Source of the DNA: Methanothrix sp.
GTDB lineage: Archaea; Halobacteriota; Methanosarcinia; Methanotrichales; Methanotrichaceae
Direction: 5' to 3'
Length of the DNA stretch: 62,130 nucleotides
Assembly: GCA_040770465.1 (NCBI GenBank)
Contig: JAXGJB010000012.1
Location: forward strand, 1 to 62,130
The position numbers were made by a program, and so were the translations under genes. Every line of letters begins with the position of its first letter. Position 1 is the first letter of the stretch. Of this stretch, positions 12,492-22,601 are shown one piece after another. The notes beneath the pieces were generated by a model. It did no database searches, was not told the origin of the DNA, and saw only the letters and a program-made list of their open reading frames with translations.

Positions 12492-12641
12492 ATTTACCAA
12501 TCAAAAACGGCTTTAAAATAGTCGGCTTCCAAGTCAATGGAGTCAGCCGGATGGCCCAAAGGGGCGAAACTACCTCGCCCACATACCGCAGCTGGGGATA
12601 TAGCGAAGGGTATATCCTTCACCATTTTTATCTAGGCCGAG

Positions 12642-13265
12642 ATGAGGATCTACATAGACGAATCCGGCAACTTGGGCGGCATAGGGTCTAAGATCTCGGA
12701 GGAGGACCCTTATTTTGTTCTTGCAGCGTTGGTTGCCAGGGAGGAGATCCCCATCCGGAGATGTATAAAGGACGTAAGGCATACCCTCAAGAAGAGATAC
12801 AAAGTAAAATCAGAGCTTAAGTTCAAAGAATCCGACTATCCAACAAAACGACGCATCCTTAAGTGCATTGCAGAGACGGATAACGATATCTCCTATGTAT
12901 TTTTGCGTAAGGACCAGCCCGCTTTGTTGACCCCTTATATCGGTGCCGAGCCCCAACTGCTTTACAACGATCTATGTAAGCAGCTATTGCAACGAGTGAT
13001 CCTCGGCTATGACCTCGAAGGGGCAATTGAAGTCGTTATAGATAGGTTTCTCTATGGGGATGCTCGGAGAAAGTTTGATCGCTACCTGGTAAAGGCCCTG
13101 AAGAGGGACATACACATCTCACATCTGGACTCTAAGCAATGCCCCTGTCTCCAGGCAGCTGATTTCGTTGTTGGAGCCATAGCACGTAAATATAGGGTCA
13201 ACGATGACTTATTTTACAGTAGAATTCAGCATAAGATAACAGTGGCTTTCGAGTTCAAAGAATAG
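12642..13265 (+). CDS. DUF3800 family protein (RNase H-like fold)
   Basis: N-terminal IYIDESGNLG, then PYFVLA, ELKF, IDR and the C-terminal DSK..PCLQAADFVVGAI signature. Lower GC than its neighbours. Confidence 0.88.
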   Translation: MRIYIDESGNLGGIGSKISEEDPYFVLAALVAREEIPIRRCIKDVRHTLKKRYKVKSELKFKESDYPTKRRILKCIAETDNDISYVFLRKDQPALLTPYIGAEPQLLYNDLCKQLLQRVILGYDLEGAIEVVIDRFLYGDARRKFDRYLVKALKRDIHISHLDSKQCPCLQAADFVVGAIARKYRVNDDLFYSRIQHKITVAFEFKE

Positions 13266-13269
13266 ATTT

Positions 13270-13340
13270 AGTGAACCCCTCTCTAATCGTCCCACCTGCT
13301 AATAAGCAGCATCATCCTTTCGAGAGGGACTTACTCACTT
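13270..13340 (-). ncRNA. Candidate structured ncRNA associated with DUF3800
   Basis: Nested pairings agtga/tcact, ccctctc/gagaggg and ctgct-aata-agcag; minus-strand TATA cttaaata (13371-13364) sits about 24 nt before the element. Confidence 0.6.
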
Positions 13341-13479
13341 ATGAAGTCAATGGTCTTCCTTGATATTTAAGGGCCGCGGTGTCGGGTCACCCGAGGACTC
13401 GCCGCACTCACACTCGTTGGTGCCGGATGCTGAAAATTGTGTGCGAACTCGATTTCTCATATAACCATATGCTACAAAA

Positions 13480-13547
13480 TGCTGATCACGGCCATCAGCA
13501 AGACTTACCTTATAAGATTAAGATCAAGATAAAGAGCGAGGCGGAGA
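13480..13547 (+). repeat. Direct repeat B copy 1 (68 bp)
   Basis: tgctgatcacggccatcagcaagacttacct...aagataaagagcgaggc; 63 of 68 positions identical to 15686-15753 by manual alignment. Confidence 0.92.
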
Positions 13548-13642
13548 AGGTGGAGGCGGAAGAGGCGAAGGGGGGAGGAGGACCATCGGGGCGGTCCGAT
13601 CTTACAGGCTCTCCTCTGCATCCCCCCTTTCAACACCACATC

Positions 13643-13650
13643 TTTAAATA
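13643..13650 (+). promoter_or_regulatory. TATA box (tttaaata) for the DEAD-box helicase, implying a ~200-nt leader
   Basis: Consensus archaeal TATA 229 nt upstream of the ATG at 13879. Confidence 0.45.
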
Positions 13651-13878
13651 GAGGTGACGAGTTCTAGGTCCGGCGCGATCACACGTCGAAGTCAGAGCAG
13701 ATGGTGATCATAAGCGCGAGAGTTACACAATTGGATGTTCAAAAGCTCGTATGTCCTTGATCAAACCGTCAAAATACGGTTCATAAATTAGATCTGAGCT
13801 AATTGATGACGACTATTCTGGCCCAAATCATATGACAGCGTCCGACTGCGTAACCCCAAAGCCCCAAAGAGGCATAAA

Positions 13879-15147
13879 ATGCAGTTTGAAAATCTAAATA
13901 TTTCGGAACCGCTCCAGCGGGCGCTGATCAAAGAAGGATATTCGACGCCGACGCCGATCCAGGCAGAGGCTATACCCCATCTTCTGAAGGGCGAGGACCT
14001 GATGGGCATCGCCCAGACGGGGACCGGCAAGACCGCCGCATTCGTTCTGCCCGTCCTCCAGAAGATGACGGAGACAAAGAAGGCCGCAAGACCCGGCGTG
14101 CCGCGAGCCCTGGTGCTCGCCCCCACCCGAGAGCTGGCGGCCCAGATCGACGCGAGCTTCGGGACGTACGGCCAGTTCCTCCGGTTCAGGCACACCGCCG
14201 TATACGGCGGCGTCAACCAGGGGCCTCAGGTGAGAGCCCTATCCCAAGGCGTCGACGCCCTCGTCGCCACCCCCGGCCGGCTCCTCGACCTGATGGAGCA
14301 GGGCCACATAAACCTGAAGGACGTCGAGTTCTTCGTCCTCGACGAGGCTGACAGGATGCTGGACATGGGCTTCGCCAACGACGTCCGCAAGATCGTCTCG
14401 GCGTTGCCGAAGAAGCGCCACTCCCTCTTCTTCGCAGCCACCATGTCAAAGGAGATCGGCGATCTGGCGGGAAGGCTTCTCACCCACCCCGTTCGGATCG
14501 AGGTCGCACCCCAGGCGACGCCGGTGGAGAAGATCGAGCAGCGGATATTCTTCGTGGACCAGAATAACAAGAACCCTCTCCTCATAGGGCTCCTCCAGCA
14601 GAGACCGTTGAAACGGGTTCTCGTCTTCACACGGACGAAACGGCGTGCGGACAGGGTCGCAACGGTCCTGAAGAAGAACGGGATAAAGGCAAACTCCATC
14701 CACGGCGACAAAACCCAGAACCAGCGGACTCAGGCTCTGAACGGCTTCAAGTCGGGAAGGCTCCAGGTCCTGGTGGCAACCGACATCGCCGCCCGCGGAA
14801 TCGACGTTGAGGAGATATCCCACGTCATAAACTACGACCTCCCCAACGAGGCCGAGAGCTACGTCCACCGGATCGGCCGGACCGGCCGGGCTGGAGCGGC
14901 CGGCACTGCGTACTCATTCTGCTCAGCCGAGGAGAGGAGCTTCCTCCGCGATATCGAGAAGCTCACCAGGACGAAGATAATGCAGATGGACCACCGATAC
15001 CACTCGGAGGCTGCGAAGAACGCCGCAGGCGCTGCGGCAAAGCCGGTCCCGAAGAGATCCGGGAGCACTCCTGGAAGCGGGAGACGGAAGAGCGTTGACG
15101 GATCGGGTCCTCGAAGGAGGTCCCGTCATCCTGCCGTACGTCGCTAG
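13879..15147 (+). CDS. DEAD-box RNA helicase, RhlE-like
   Basis: Q motif PTPIQ, AQTGTGKT, PTRELA, DEAD, YVHRIGRTGRAG and a basic C-terminal tail. Confidence 0.95.
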   Translation: MQFENLNISEPLQRALIKEGYSTPTPIQAEAIPHLLKGEDLMGIAQTGTGKTAAFVLPVLQKMTETKKAARPGVPRALVLAPTRELAAQIDASFGTYGQFLRFRHTAVYGGVNQGPQVRALSQGVDALVATPGRLLDLMEQGHINLKDVEFFVLDEADRMLDMGFANDVRKIVSALPKKRHSLFFAATMSKEIGDLAGRLLTHPVRIEVAPQATPVEKIEQRIFFVDQNNKNPLLIGLLQQRPLKRVLVFTRTKRRADRVATVLKKNGIKANSIHGDKTQNQRTQALNGFKSGRLQVLVATDIAARGIDVEEISHVINYDLPNEAESYVHRIGRTGRAGAAGTAYSFCSAEERSFLRDIEKLTRTKIMQMDHRYHSEAAKNAAGAAAKPVPKRSGSTPGSGRRKSVDGSGPRRRSRHPAVRR

Positions 15148-15570
15148 ATGATCGTGGATAACCGCATCAAGGCCGCTCTTGTAATCGAAGGTGGCCAATA
15201 AATCTTTTTTACAAGGTGAGACACGCCCTTTTCGTAAAGTGAAAAAAAAAATCAAATTGCGTGCGGCCACCTCTCCCTAAAAGGTGGGGCATGCTTTTGG
15301 CCCGGATTTCGGGATTTCAGAAATCGTCGAGTCGGGCATTCGTCGCCCAGATTCTCTTATATGCATGAATGATTTGCTATCGATTTCCTCAGGGCGGTCA
15401 CCAATGTTATATTGATCTATTGATCTAACCGAGCAGAAAAACGTGCGAGGGTTCACTTCATCCACGAGCTAAAGATCGGGGTATTCGTGACCTTCCGCGC
15501 TCTTTAAGTTCGGATACTGCATGGAGTCGCTTCGAAAAGTTTCGAGTATTGTCGGCCTCGTTTTCGCCTG

Positions 15571-15726
15571 ACGAACGTCACATCCGGCCTGACCTCCTTC
15601 CTCTACCCGGCCATCGAGTATGAGGCTGAGAAGCATACACGATTGGTCATGGTCGAGCGGCTCCTGGGGTCGGTATTCCTGGCCCTGCTGATCACGGCCA
15701 TCAGCAAGACTTACCTCATAAGATGA
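15571..15726 (+). pseudogene. C-terminal TM fragment of a membrane (ion-channel/pentapeptide-type) protein
   Basis: TNVTSGLTSFLYPAIEYEAEKHTRLVMVERLLGSVFLALLITAISKTYLIR*, with no N-terminal part. Confidence 0.55.
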
Positions 15727-15753
15727 GGATAAAGATAAAGAGCGAGGCAGAGA
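15686..15753 (+). repeat. Direct repeat B copy 2
   Basis: Matches 13480-13547. Confidence 0.92.
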
Positions 15754-15807
15754 GGAAGGGAAAGGACAAATCAGCGAACTCGCCGATCGAGAGCTCAGGG
15801 ATGAGGA

Positions 15808-17085
15808 ATGATGGTCAGGATATGCGGCATTGAGGGAGACTTCTTCAAGTCGAGGTTCAACATCGGGCTTGTGGCGCTCCTCTTAATCCTTGGGGTCCTC
15901 TCATATGCCCTCACGGAGGGGAACGCCCCGCCAACGCCGGCGGAGGATTCGATACCATCGACATCGGGCTCGATAGATATCCACTTCTTCTACCTCCCCA
16001 CCTGCCCCCACTGCGCAGAGCAGAAGCCGATCTACGAGGCGCTGAAGAACGAGGGGATCGACGGCGTATCGTTTCGCTCAACCGACGTCTCAACGGCTGC
16101 GGGCTTTTCCCAGTTCCGCGAGACGGCCTCCGGGGCGGGGCTCGACCCCTCCAACCTTAGCGTTCCCACCATCTTCGTGGACGGAAGGGCGCTCTTGGGG
16201 GTTCAAACCCGACAGGAGATCCTGGCCGCCATCGACGAGCAGAGACGCAGGGCGGAGGAGGAGAAGAAGGCGAAGGAGGAGAAGCAGAAGGTGGCGGAAG
16301 CCGGAATCGAAGATGCCGCCGCCTGGGGATTGGAATCCGGGCGGATGGACTTTGATCTGCCGCTCCTCGGAGAGACCGACCTCTCGAAATACTCTCTTCC
16401 CACCCTTGCCGCCCTCCTGGGGCTCGTCGACGGGTTCAACCCCTGCGCGATGTGGGTCCTCGTCTATCTGATAGGGGTTCTCGCCGGGGTTGGAGAGAGG
16501 AGAAGGGTCTGGCTGATCGTGGGAAGCTTCGTCTTCGCCTCGGGGGTCCTATACTTTTTCATCATGACCGCCTGGATAAACGTATTCCTCTTTCTGGGAT
16601 ACGTCAGGCTTCTGACGATCCTGATCGGCCTTGTGGCCCTCGGCGGGGGGATCTTGAGCATCAGGGAGTACCTGGCGACAGAAGGCAGCCTCACCTGCAG
16701 GGTCACAGACGAAGAGGAGCGCGAAAAGACCCGGGGGCGGATCGACGAGATCGTCCGCCAGCCCCTATCCCTCTCCATCTTCTTCTCCATCGTCGCCCTC
16801 GCCTTCGTAGTCAACTCCGTCGAGTTTCTCTGCTCATCGGCGATCCCCGCCGTCTTCACTCAGATCCTCGCACTCAGCGGGTTATCATCAATCGAGAACT
16901 ATCTTCTCATCGCCCTCTACACCTTCTTCTTCATCCTCGACGACATGGTGATCTTCAGCATGGCGGCATTTGCCGTCGGCAGCTCCTTCGGGATGAGATA
17001 TGCGAGATACTGCAAGGCTCTTGGAGGGACCCTCCTCGCGACTCTGGGCCTTGTAATGCTCTTTGCCCCTCATCTGTTGAGGTAG
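15808..17085 (+). CDS. Glutaredoxin/thioredoxin domain fused to a DsbD/CcdA-like membrane domain
   Basis: CPHC, SVPTIFV, GLVDGFNPCAMWVL, VEFLCS and several TM helices. Confidence 0.82.
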   Translation: MMVRICGIEGDFFKSRFNIGLVALLLILGVLSYALTEGNAPPTPAEDSIPSTSGSIDIHFFYLPTCPHCAEQKPIYEALKNEGIDGVSFRSTDVSTAAGFSQFRETASGAGLDPSNLSVPTIFVDGRALLGVQTRQEILAAIDEQRRRAEEEKKAKEEKQKVAEAGIEDAAAWGLESGRMDFDLPLLGETDLSKYSLPTLAALLGLVDGFNPCAMWVLVYLIGVLAGVGERRRVWLIVGSFVFASGVLYFFIMTAWINVFLFLGYVRLLTILIGLVALGGGILSIREYLATEGSLTCRVTDEEEREKTRGRIDEIVRQPLSLSIFFSIVALAFVVNSVEFLCSSAIPAVFTQILALSGLSSIENYLLIALYTFFFILDDMVIFSMAAFAVGSSFGMRYARYCKALGGTLLATLGLVMLFAPHLLR

Positions 17086-17246
17086 AACGATGGACGAGAA
17101 CGACAGAGGGCGGGGATGCTGAGAAGATCCTGAATGCGATCTGATTTTTGTTGTCATGAGGCTTTACGGTGCAGAGGATTAAATCAAAGAGCCCCGATAC
17201 CGAAAGAGATTTTGCATAATATGATTACATAGATCCAGGTGATCTT

Positions 17247-17459
17247 ATGAGGCTGGGGCTATTCCTAGGGTTGTTGGCATTGTTTCTAATTTGCGGATGC
17301 CTGGATGAAGAATATTATGAAGAAGAACCATCATCTGCCGAGGCCACGAACGAAACCCTCGAAAATGAATCGTCGGCCTCGGGCCCGAGCTGCGGATGTC
17401 TTGGAGGGGAGGAGTACCTCGAACGAGTATTTTCGGCTCTGAAAGGCGGAGAAACATGA
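17247..17459 (+). CDS. Small lipoprotein-like protein
   Basis: Hydrophobic N-terminus ending LICGC, followed by an acidic segment. Confidence 0.5.
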   Translation: MRLGLFLGLLALFLICGCLDEEYYEEEPSSAEATNETLENESSASGPSCGCLGGEEYLERVFSALKGGET

Positions 17460-17639
17460 TTTGAGCTTTTGATCATCTCGGAGAGGTGCCATCCGATATA
17501 TCAGTTAATTTCGTTCTTAGTTATATTTTTATCTTTGACCTACTCTGCCTCCCCCCCACTTTGAGCTCTATATCGACGTCCACCTCTGACCAAATCGCCG
17601 ATTGGCATAAAGGATTGGACTGTGGCGGTGCTCTGAACC

Positions 17640-18809
17640 TCATCCCCTCAAGAGATCCTTCACCACGCACGTCGGGTCCTCTCCGCAGACGTCGCCGCAG
17701 TAGAACCTCGCCTTCTGCCGACATCCGCCGCAGACCTCAAGGTACTCGCAGTCGCCGCAGGCGCCCTTGAGGTGGGATCTGATGTCTCTCAGGGCCAAAA
17801 GCTCGGGGACGGGATGGTCGATCCAGATCTCCCGGAAGCTCCTCTCCCGGACGTTCCCGACGACGACCTCGGGCATGAAGTGGCAGGGGAGGACATCTCC
17901 CCTATGGTTGATGTTTGCAACCTTAATCCCGGCGGTGCAGCCTCCGGCGTTCTTGAGGAGCTTTCGGACCCGCTCCCGCCTCTCAGGTTCGTCCTTCAGC
18001 ATCTCCAGAAGATATGCCCCGTCCATGGGAGAGTCGGTGGATAGGATCTCGATCTCCTCGTCCTTCAGCTCGACGGCCGCCTCGGCGAGGAACTTGATGA
18101 CGCTCCTCCTCTCCTCGGCGGTAACGTCCCGATCCGATATGTCGGCTCCGCGCCCGACGGGGACGAGGTGGTAGAGGCAGAACCGGGGAATCCCCATCTC
18201 CAGGGTCAGGTCCAGGAGGGCTGGGATCTCGTGCCAGTTGTCTTTGGTGAGGGTCACCCGGAGCCCCGTCTTGAGGCCAGCGTCCCGGGCGTTCACAAGC
18301 CCTTCGATCGCCCTCTCATAGGCGCCCTCGACACCCCTGAACCGATCGTGGACATCGGGCCTGCAGGAGTCGAGGCTTACCCCGACGTACCTGATCTCCG
18401 CCTCTTTGAGGAGGCGGGCCGCCTCCGGGGTTATGAGGGTCCCGTTCGTCGAGATGACCGTCCTCAGGCCTATCTCCTTGGCGTGGAAGGCGTAGGCGTA
18501 GAAGTTGCGGCTGAGGAGGGGCTCGCCTCCGGTGAGAATCAGCATCGGTATTCGCAAATTTGCAAGCTCGTCGATCAGCCTTATCCCCTCTTCCAGCCTC
18601 AGCTCCTCGGCCGAGGCAGCCGTCGCGTCGATGTAGCAGTGCTCGCAAGCGAGGTTGCAGTGGCGGGTGATGTTCCACATCACCACCGGCTTCTTCTCTC
18701 CCGAGAACCTTATCATGTCGTCGGGGACGGGCTCGCCCACCTCTTCAGCCGCCCTGATGGAGTCCCAGACCGTCGCCTGGTCTGCCAGGGCCTTGGAGAA
18801 TATTATCAT
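17640..18809 (-). CDS. ahbC: Radical SAM/SPASM protein, AhbC-like (alternative heme biosynthesis)
   Basis: KKPVVMWNITRHCNLACEHCY, GGEPL, SPASM cysteines; lies in the hem operon. Confidence 0.72.
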   Translation of the reverse strand: MIIFSKALADQATVWDSIRAAEEVGEPVPDDMIRFSGEKKPVVMWNITRHCNLACEHCYIDATAASAEELRLEEGIRLIDELANLRIPMLILTGGEPLLSRNFYAYAFHAKEIGLRTVISTNGTLITPEAARLLKEAEIRYVGVSLDSCRPDVHDRFRGVEGAYERAIEGLVNARDAGLKTGLRVTLTKDNWHEIPALLDLTLEMGIPRFCLYHLVPVGRGADISDRDVTAEERRSVIKFLAEAAVELKDEEIEILSTDSPMDGAYLLEMLKDEPERRERVRKLLKNAGGCTAGIKVANINHRGDVLPCHFMPEVVVGNVRERSFREIWIDHPVPELLALRDIRSHLKGACGDCEYLEVCGGCRQKARFYCGDVCGEDPTCVVKDLLRG

Positions 18810-20293
18810 CCTTTCCTCCTTATCTCTTTCAGCATCGCTTCAAAGGTGTACCTCTCCGGCACGACGTCCACCCTCACGCCGAGCCGTTCCAGCTCCGCTC
18901 TGGTCGGCGGGCCGATGGCCGCCACCTTCGATCTTGCAAGCCTCTCTCTGAGGTCGTCCTCGGCACCCAGCTCTTTCGCCCTCTCGATCAGGTTTTTTGC
19001 CGTGGAGCCGCTGGTGAAGGCGAAGAAGTCGGGCATCCCCCACAGGATCAGCCAGTCGAGCCTGGGATCTTTGGAGGGGGCGATGTCGTAGAGGTGGACC
19101 TCGTCGATCTCCACCCCCGCCTCTTCGAGGATCGCCACAAGCTCCGGGCTACCCCTGGCGCTCCTGAGGAGGAGGACCCTTTTGAACCGGGGGGCCAGGG
19201 AGTGGGCGAGCCCCCGAGAGCTGAAGCTCTCAGGGACTACGGCTACTTTAAGCCCCCTCTCCTCCAGAGCCTCCCGGGTCCGGGGGCCGATGGTGGCGAG
19301 GACGGACCTGCCCAGGAGTTCGGCCACCCTCTCGTCCCGGAGGGCTATCTCGGCGCCTGTGGCGCTGGTGAAGACGACGCAATCGGCCCTCTCGATCCTT
19401 TCAGGCAGGTCGGCTGGAAGCGGAAGCTCCGAGAAGGCTATGGAAGGGGCGAGGATCGGCCTGAACCCAAGATCCCGGGCGATCTTCTCGGACTCGCCCC
19501 CCCGGTTGTCCGGCCTCAGGATGGCTATCGTTGGCTCTCTCAGAATCTCGCTCAATCTCACGACTTCGCCCACCACCAGTATCGCGGGGGAATGGACATC
19601 CGCCTCTTCAGCCCTCTCGACGATATCGCCAAGGGTTCCTGCGACCATCCTCTCCTCGGGGCTGAAACCCCTCTCTATGAGGGCTGTCGGGGTATCGGGG
19701 GAGAGGCCGCCTCTGAGGAGAGCTGAGGTGTTCTCCCGGAGCCTCGATACTCCCATCAGGACGACGAGGGTTCCTCCGACTTTGGCCAGGGCCTCCCAAT
19801 CGAGGTTTTTGTCTTTTCCAGGCTCCTCGTGACCCGTCACCACGGTGAAGGCGGTGGCAACGCCCCGGTGGGTGACGGGGATTCCAGCCTTTGCCGGAAC
19901 CGATATCGCCGAGGTGACGCCGGGGACCTCCTCGAAGGGTATACCAGCCTCCGCCAGGGCGAGCCCCTCCTCGCCGCCTCTGCCGAAGACGTAAGGGTCG
20001 CCACCCTTCAGTCTGACCACGATCTTCCCCTCTCTTCCCTTCTCCACCAGAAGGTCGTTGATCTCCTCCTGGGAGAGCTTGTGGCGGCCCGGAAGCTTTC
20101 CGACGTCTATCATCTCGGCATCCCCGGAAGCCCAGCTCAAAATCTCGGTGGAGAGGAGCCGGTCAAACAGGACGACCTCGGCCTCCTCGATCAGCCGTTT
20201 GGCTTTCAGCGTCACCAGGTCCGGGTCGCCGGGACCTGCCCCCACCAGATAGACCTTGCCCCTCTCAGACTTGCCCCTCTCAGATCGTTCCAA
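18806..20293 (-). CDS. cobA-hemD: Uroporphyrinogen-III C-methyltransferase / uroporphyrinogen-III synthase fusion
   Basis: [29 protein letters not shown]; C-terminal VFTS, IGPRT, FTSGST and AIGPPT HemD motifs. Confidence 0.92.
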   Translation of the reverse strand: MERSERGKSERGKVYLVGAGPGDPDLVTLKAKRLIEEAEVVLFDRLLSTEILSWASGDAEMIDVGKLPGRHKLSQEEINDLLVEKGREGKIVVRLKGGDPYVFGRGGEEGLALAEAGIPFEEVPGVTSAISVPAKAGIPVTHRGVATAFTVVTGHEEPGKDKNLDWEALAKVGGTLVVLMGVSRLRENTSALLRGGLSPDTPTALIERGFSPEERMVAGTLGDIVERAEEADVHSPAILVVGEVVRLSEILREPTIAILRPDNRGGESEKIARDLGFRPILAPSIAFSELPLPADLPERIERADCVVFTSATGAEIALRDERVAELLGRSVLATIGPRTREALEERGLKVAVVPESFSSRGLAHSLAPRFKRVLLLRSARGSPELVAILEEAGVEIDEVHLYDIAPSKDPRLDWLILWGMPDFFAFTSGSTAKNLIERAKELGAEDDLRERLARSKVAAIGPPTRAELERLGVRVDVVPERYTFEAMLKEIRRKG

Positions 20294-21191
20294 CTTCCCT
20301 CACCGCCTCTTCTGCGAGATCGCGTCCGCCCATATCCACCAGCCTTTGGCTCAGCTCTTTTGCTCCCCGGATGTGGTCGGCCGCCGGGACCCGTCCCTCA
20401 ACCCTCACAAACCTCGACCCGTCCAGGGAGAGGACCTCGGCAAGGACCCTCAATTCGTCTCCGTCAAGCCGGGCGAAGGCAGCCATGGGGACGACGCAGG
20501 ACCCTCCGATCGCCTCTAAAATCACCCGCTCGCATTCGGCCTCAAGCCTGGTGGGCAGGTGGTCGATCTCTCGGACGACGTCTTCGGCCTCTCCCCTCCT
20601 CGCCACAACCGCGATCGCGCCCTGGTTTGCAGACGGCACGAACTTCTCGGGGTCGAGGACGGAGCGCTCTGGACTGTAGCCCATCCTCTCGATCCCCGCA
20701 AGGGCGAGGACGATCGCCCTGTAGTTCCCCTCGTCGAGCTTTCTAAGCCTCGTCTCCAGGTTTCCCCGGAGGCTCTCGATGACCAGGTCGGGCCTCGCCC
20801 TCCGGAGCTGCGCCGCCCGCCTCATGCTGCAGGTTCCGACGACCGCCCCCTCCTCCAGGTCTTCGAGAGCGGCCCCGTCCTCGCTCACCAGGACGTCGAA
20901 GGGGGAGTTGCGAGGAAGGACGGCGGCGATGACGAGCCCGTCGGGCCTCTTGGAAGGAAGGTCTTTCATGCTGTGGACGGCGACGTCGATCTCGCCTGCG
21001 AGCATCAGGTCGTCGATCTCCCTAACGAAGAGCCCCCTCCCCGAGACCCGGTGGAGGGGGAGGTCCAGGACGTGGTCTCCCTTCGTCTTGACGATGACAA
21101 GCTCCGTCTCCGCCCCCCTCTCCTCAAGGAGGGAGGTGGCGATCTCTGTCTGCCGCAGAGCAAGGGGGCTTCCGCGGCTTCCTATGATCAG
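20280..21191 (-). CDS. hemC: Hydroxymethylbilane synthase (porphobilinogen deaminase), inferred CTG start
   Basis: The frame is open upstream of the listed ORF: (L)[14 protein letters not shown]...[40 protein letters not shown]. Confidence 0.93.
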   Translation of the reverse strand: MIIGSRGSPLALRQTEIATSLLEERGAETELVIVKTKGDHVLDLPLHRVSGRGLFVREIDDLMLAGEIDVAVHSMKDLPSKRPDGLVIAAVLPRNSPFDVLVSEDGAALEDLEEGAVVGTCSMRRAAQLRRARPDLVIESLRGNLETRLRKLDEGNYRAIVLALAGIERMGYSPERSVLDPEKFVPSANQGAIAVVARRGEAEDVVREIDHLPTRLEAECERVILEAIGGSCVVPMAAFARLDGDELRVLAEVLSLDGSRFVRVEGRVPAADHIRGAKELSQRLVDMGGRDLAEEAVREVGTI

Positions 21192-22456
21192 CCTTTGAGG
21201 TTTGACTTGTAAGCCTCCAGAGTTTGGTTTATGACATCTTCGGAGTGGGCGCTGGATATGAAGTTCGTCTCAAACTGGCTGGGGGGTAGAAATACCCCCG
21301 AATTCAGCATCCGTTTGAAGAAGGAGAAGTAGCCCGCCTTGTCGCACCTGAGGGCCTCGACGTAGTTCTTGGGAGCGTCGCCGAAGAAGATCTTGAAGAT
21401 CGATGCGATCCCGACGACGGAATAGCCGTGCCCTATGTCCTCGACGATCTCTCTGAGCGCCTTCCGAAAGCCGTCGCCTGTGGAGTTGAGCCTCTCAAGG
21501 ACCCGGTCTCTCTCAAGGACGTCGAGGGTTGCCATCCCCGCGGCCAGGGATGTTGGGCTGCCGTTGAAGGTTCCGGCCTGGTAAATCCCGCCGCTGGGGG
21601 CCACCATCTCCATCAGCTCGCGCCTTCCGCCGACGACGCCGATGGGAAAGCCGCCGCCGATGATCTTGCCCAGAGTCGTCAAATCGGGGACGACGTTGTA
21701 GAATGACTGGGCCCCGCCGAGGCTGAGCCGGAATCCAGTGATCACCTCGTCGAAGATGAGGAGGACGTCATGATCCTTTGTGATCTCTCTTACGCCCTCA
21801 AGGTAGCCCTTCTCGGGGAGGATCGGGCCGATGTTCCCCAGGACCGGCTCCATGATCACCGCTGCCACCTCGCCCTCGAACTCGCTGAGGGCGGCGTCGA
21901 TTGCCCCCAAATCGTTGTACGGGACCTGGAGGGTGTTTTTTGCAGTGTCCTTGGGGACGCCCAAGGAATCGGGTGTCCCCAGGGTCGTCGCCCCCGAGCC
22001 CGCCTTCACCAGGACCGAGTCGTGGGCTCCGTGAAACCCACCTTCGACCTTGACGATCCTGTCCCGTTTGGTGAAGCCGCGGGCGATCCTGAGGGCGGCC
22101 ATCGTCGCTTCGGTCCCGGTGCTGACGAACCTGAGCATATCGATGCTGGGATAAAGCCCGACGATCCTCTCGGCCAGCCTCAACTCAAGCTCCGAGGGGG
22201 TGCCAAAGAGCCAGCCCCGCTCCAGCTGATCGATCACCCGCTCCATGACCACGGGGTTTCTATGTCCCAGGATCATGGGGCCGTAGGCGAGACAGTAATC
22301 GATGAGCTTGTTGCCGTCCACGTCCCAGAGGTAGGGGCCCTCGGCCCGAGAGACGTAGAAGGGGTATGGGGATATGGCTCGGACCGGGCTGCTGACGCCC
22401 CCAGGCATCAGCCTCTTTGCGACCTCGAAGAGCTTGCTGGAGGCATCAGAACTCAT
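21188..22456 (-). CDS. hemL: Glutamate-1-semialdehyde 2,1-aminomutase
   Basis: [46 protein letters not shown]. Confidence 0.96.
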   Translation of the reverse strand: MSSDASSKLFEVAKRLMPGGVSSPVRAISPYPFYVSRAEGPYLWDVDGNKLIDYCLAYGPMILGHRNPVVMERVIDQLERGWLFGTPSELELRLAERIVGLYPSIDMLRFVSTGTEATMAALRIARGFTKRDRIVKVEGGFHGAHDSVLVKAGSGATTLGTPDSLGVPKDTAKNTLQVPYNDLGAIDAALSEFEGEVAAVIMEPVLGNIGPILPEKGYLEGVREITKDHDVLLIFDEVITGFRLSLGGAQSFYNVVPDLTTLGKIIGGGFPIGVVGGRRELMEMVAPSGGIYQAGTFNGSPTSLAAGMATLDVLERDRVLERLNSTGDGFRKALREIVEDIGHGYSVVGIASIFKIFFGDAPKNYVEALRCDKAGYFSFFKRMLNSGVFLPPSQFETNFISSAHSEDVINQTLEAYKSNLKG

Positions 22457-22601
22457 GAAAATGCACCGGATGGGTTGACCCGCTATAGATAGAAGAACCT
22501 TGCGATTAGCCGAACGGGTCGTAATAACCCCTGAACCCGTCATCCTCTCATCAAATGGGATTGCTCCGGCTGAGAAGATCGACGTCCCGCGGCTGGGGGA
22601 G

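Noticed and set aside
20255-20284. 15-bp duplication encoding SERGK twice at the cobA start
   Set aside because: In-frame slippage in a disordered N-terminus, with no functional signal.
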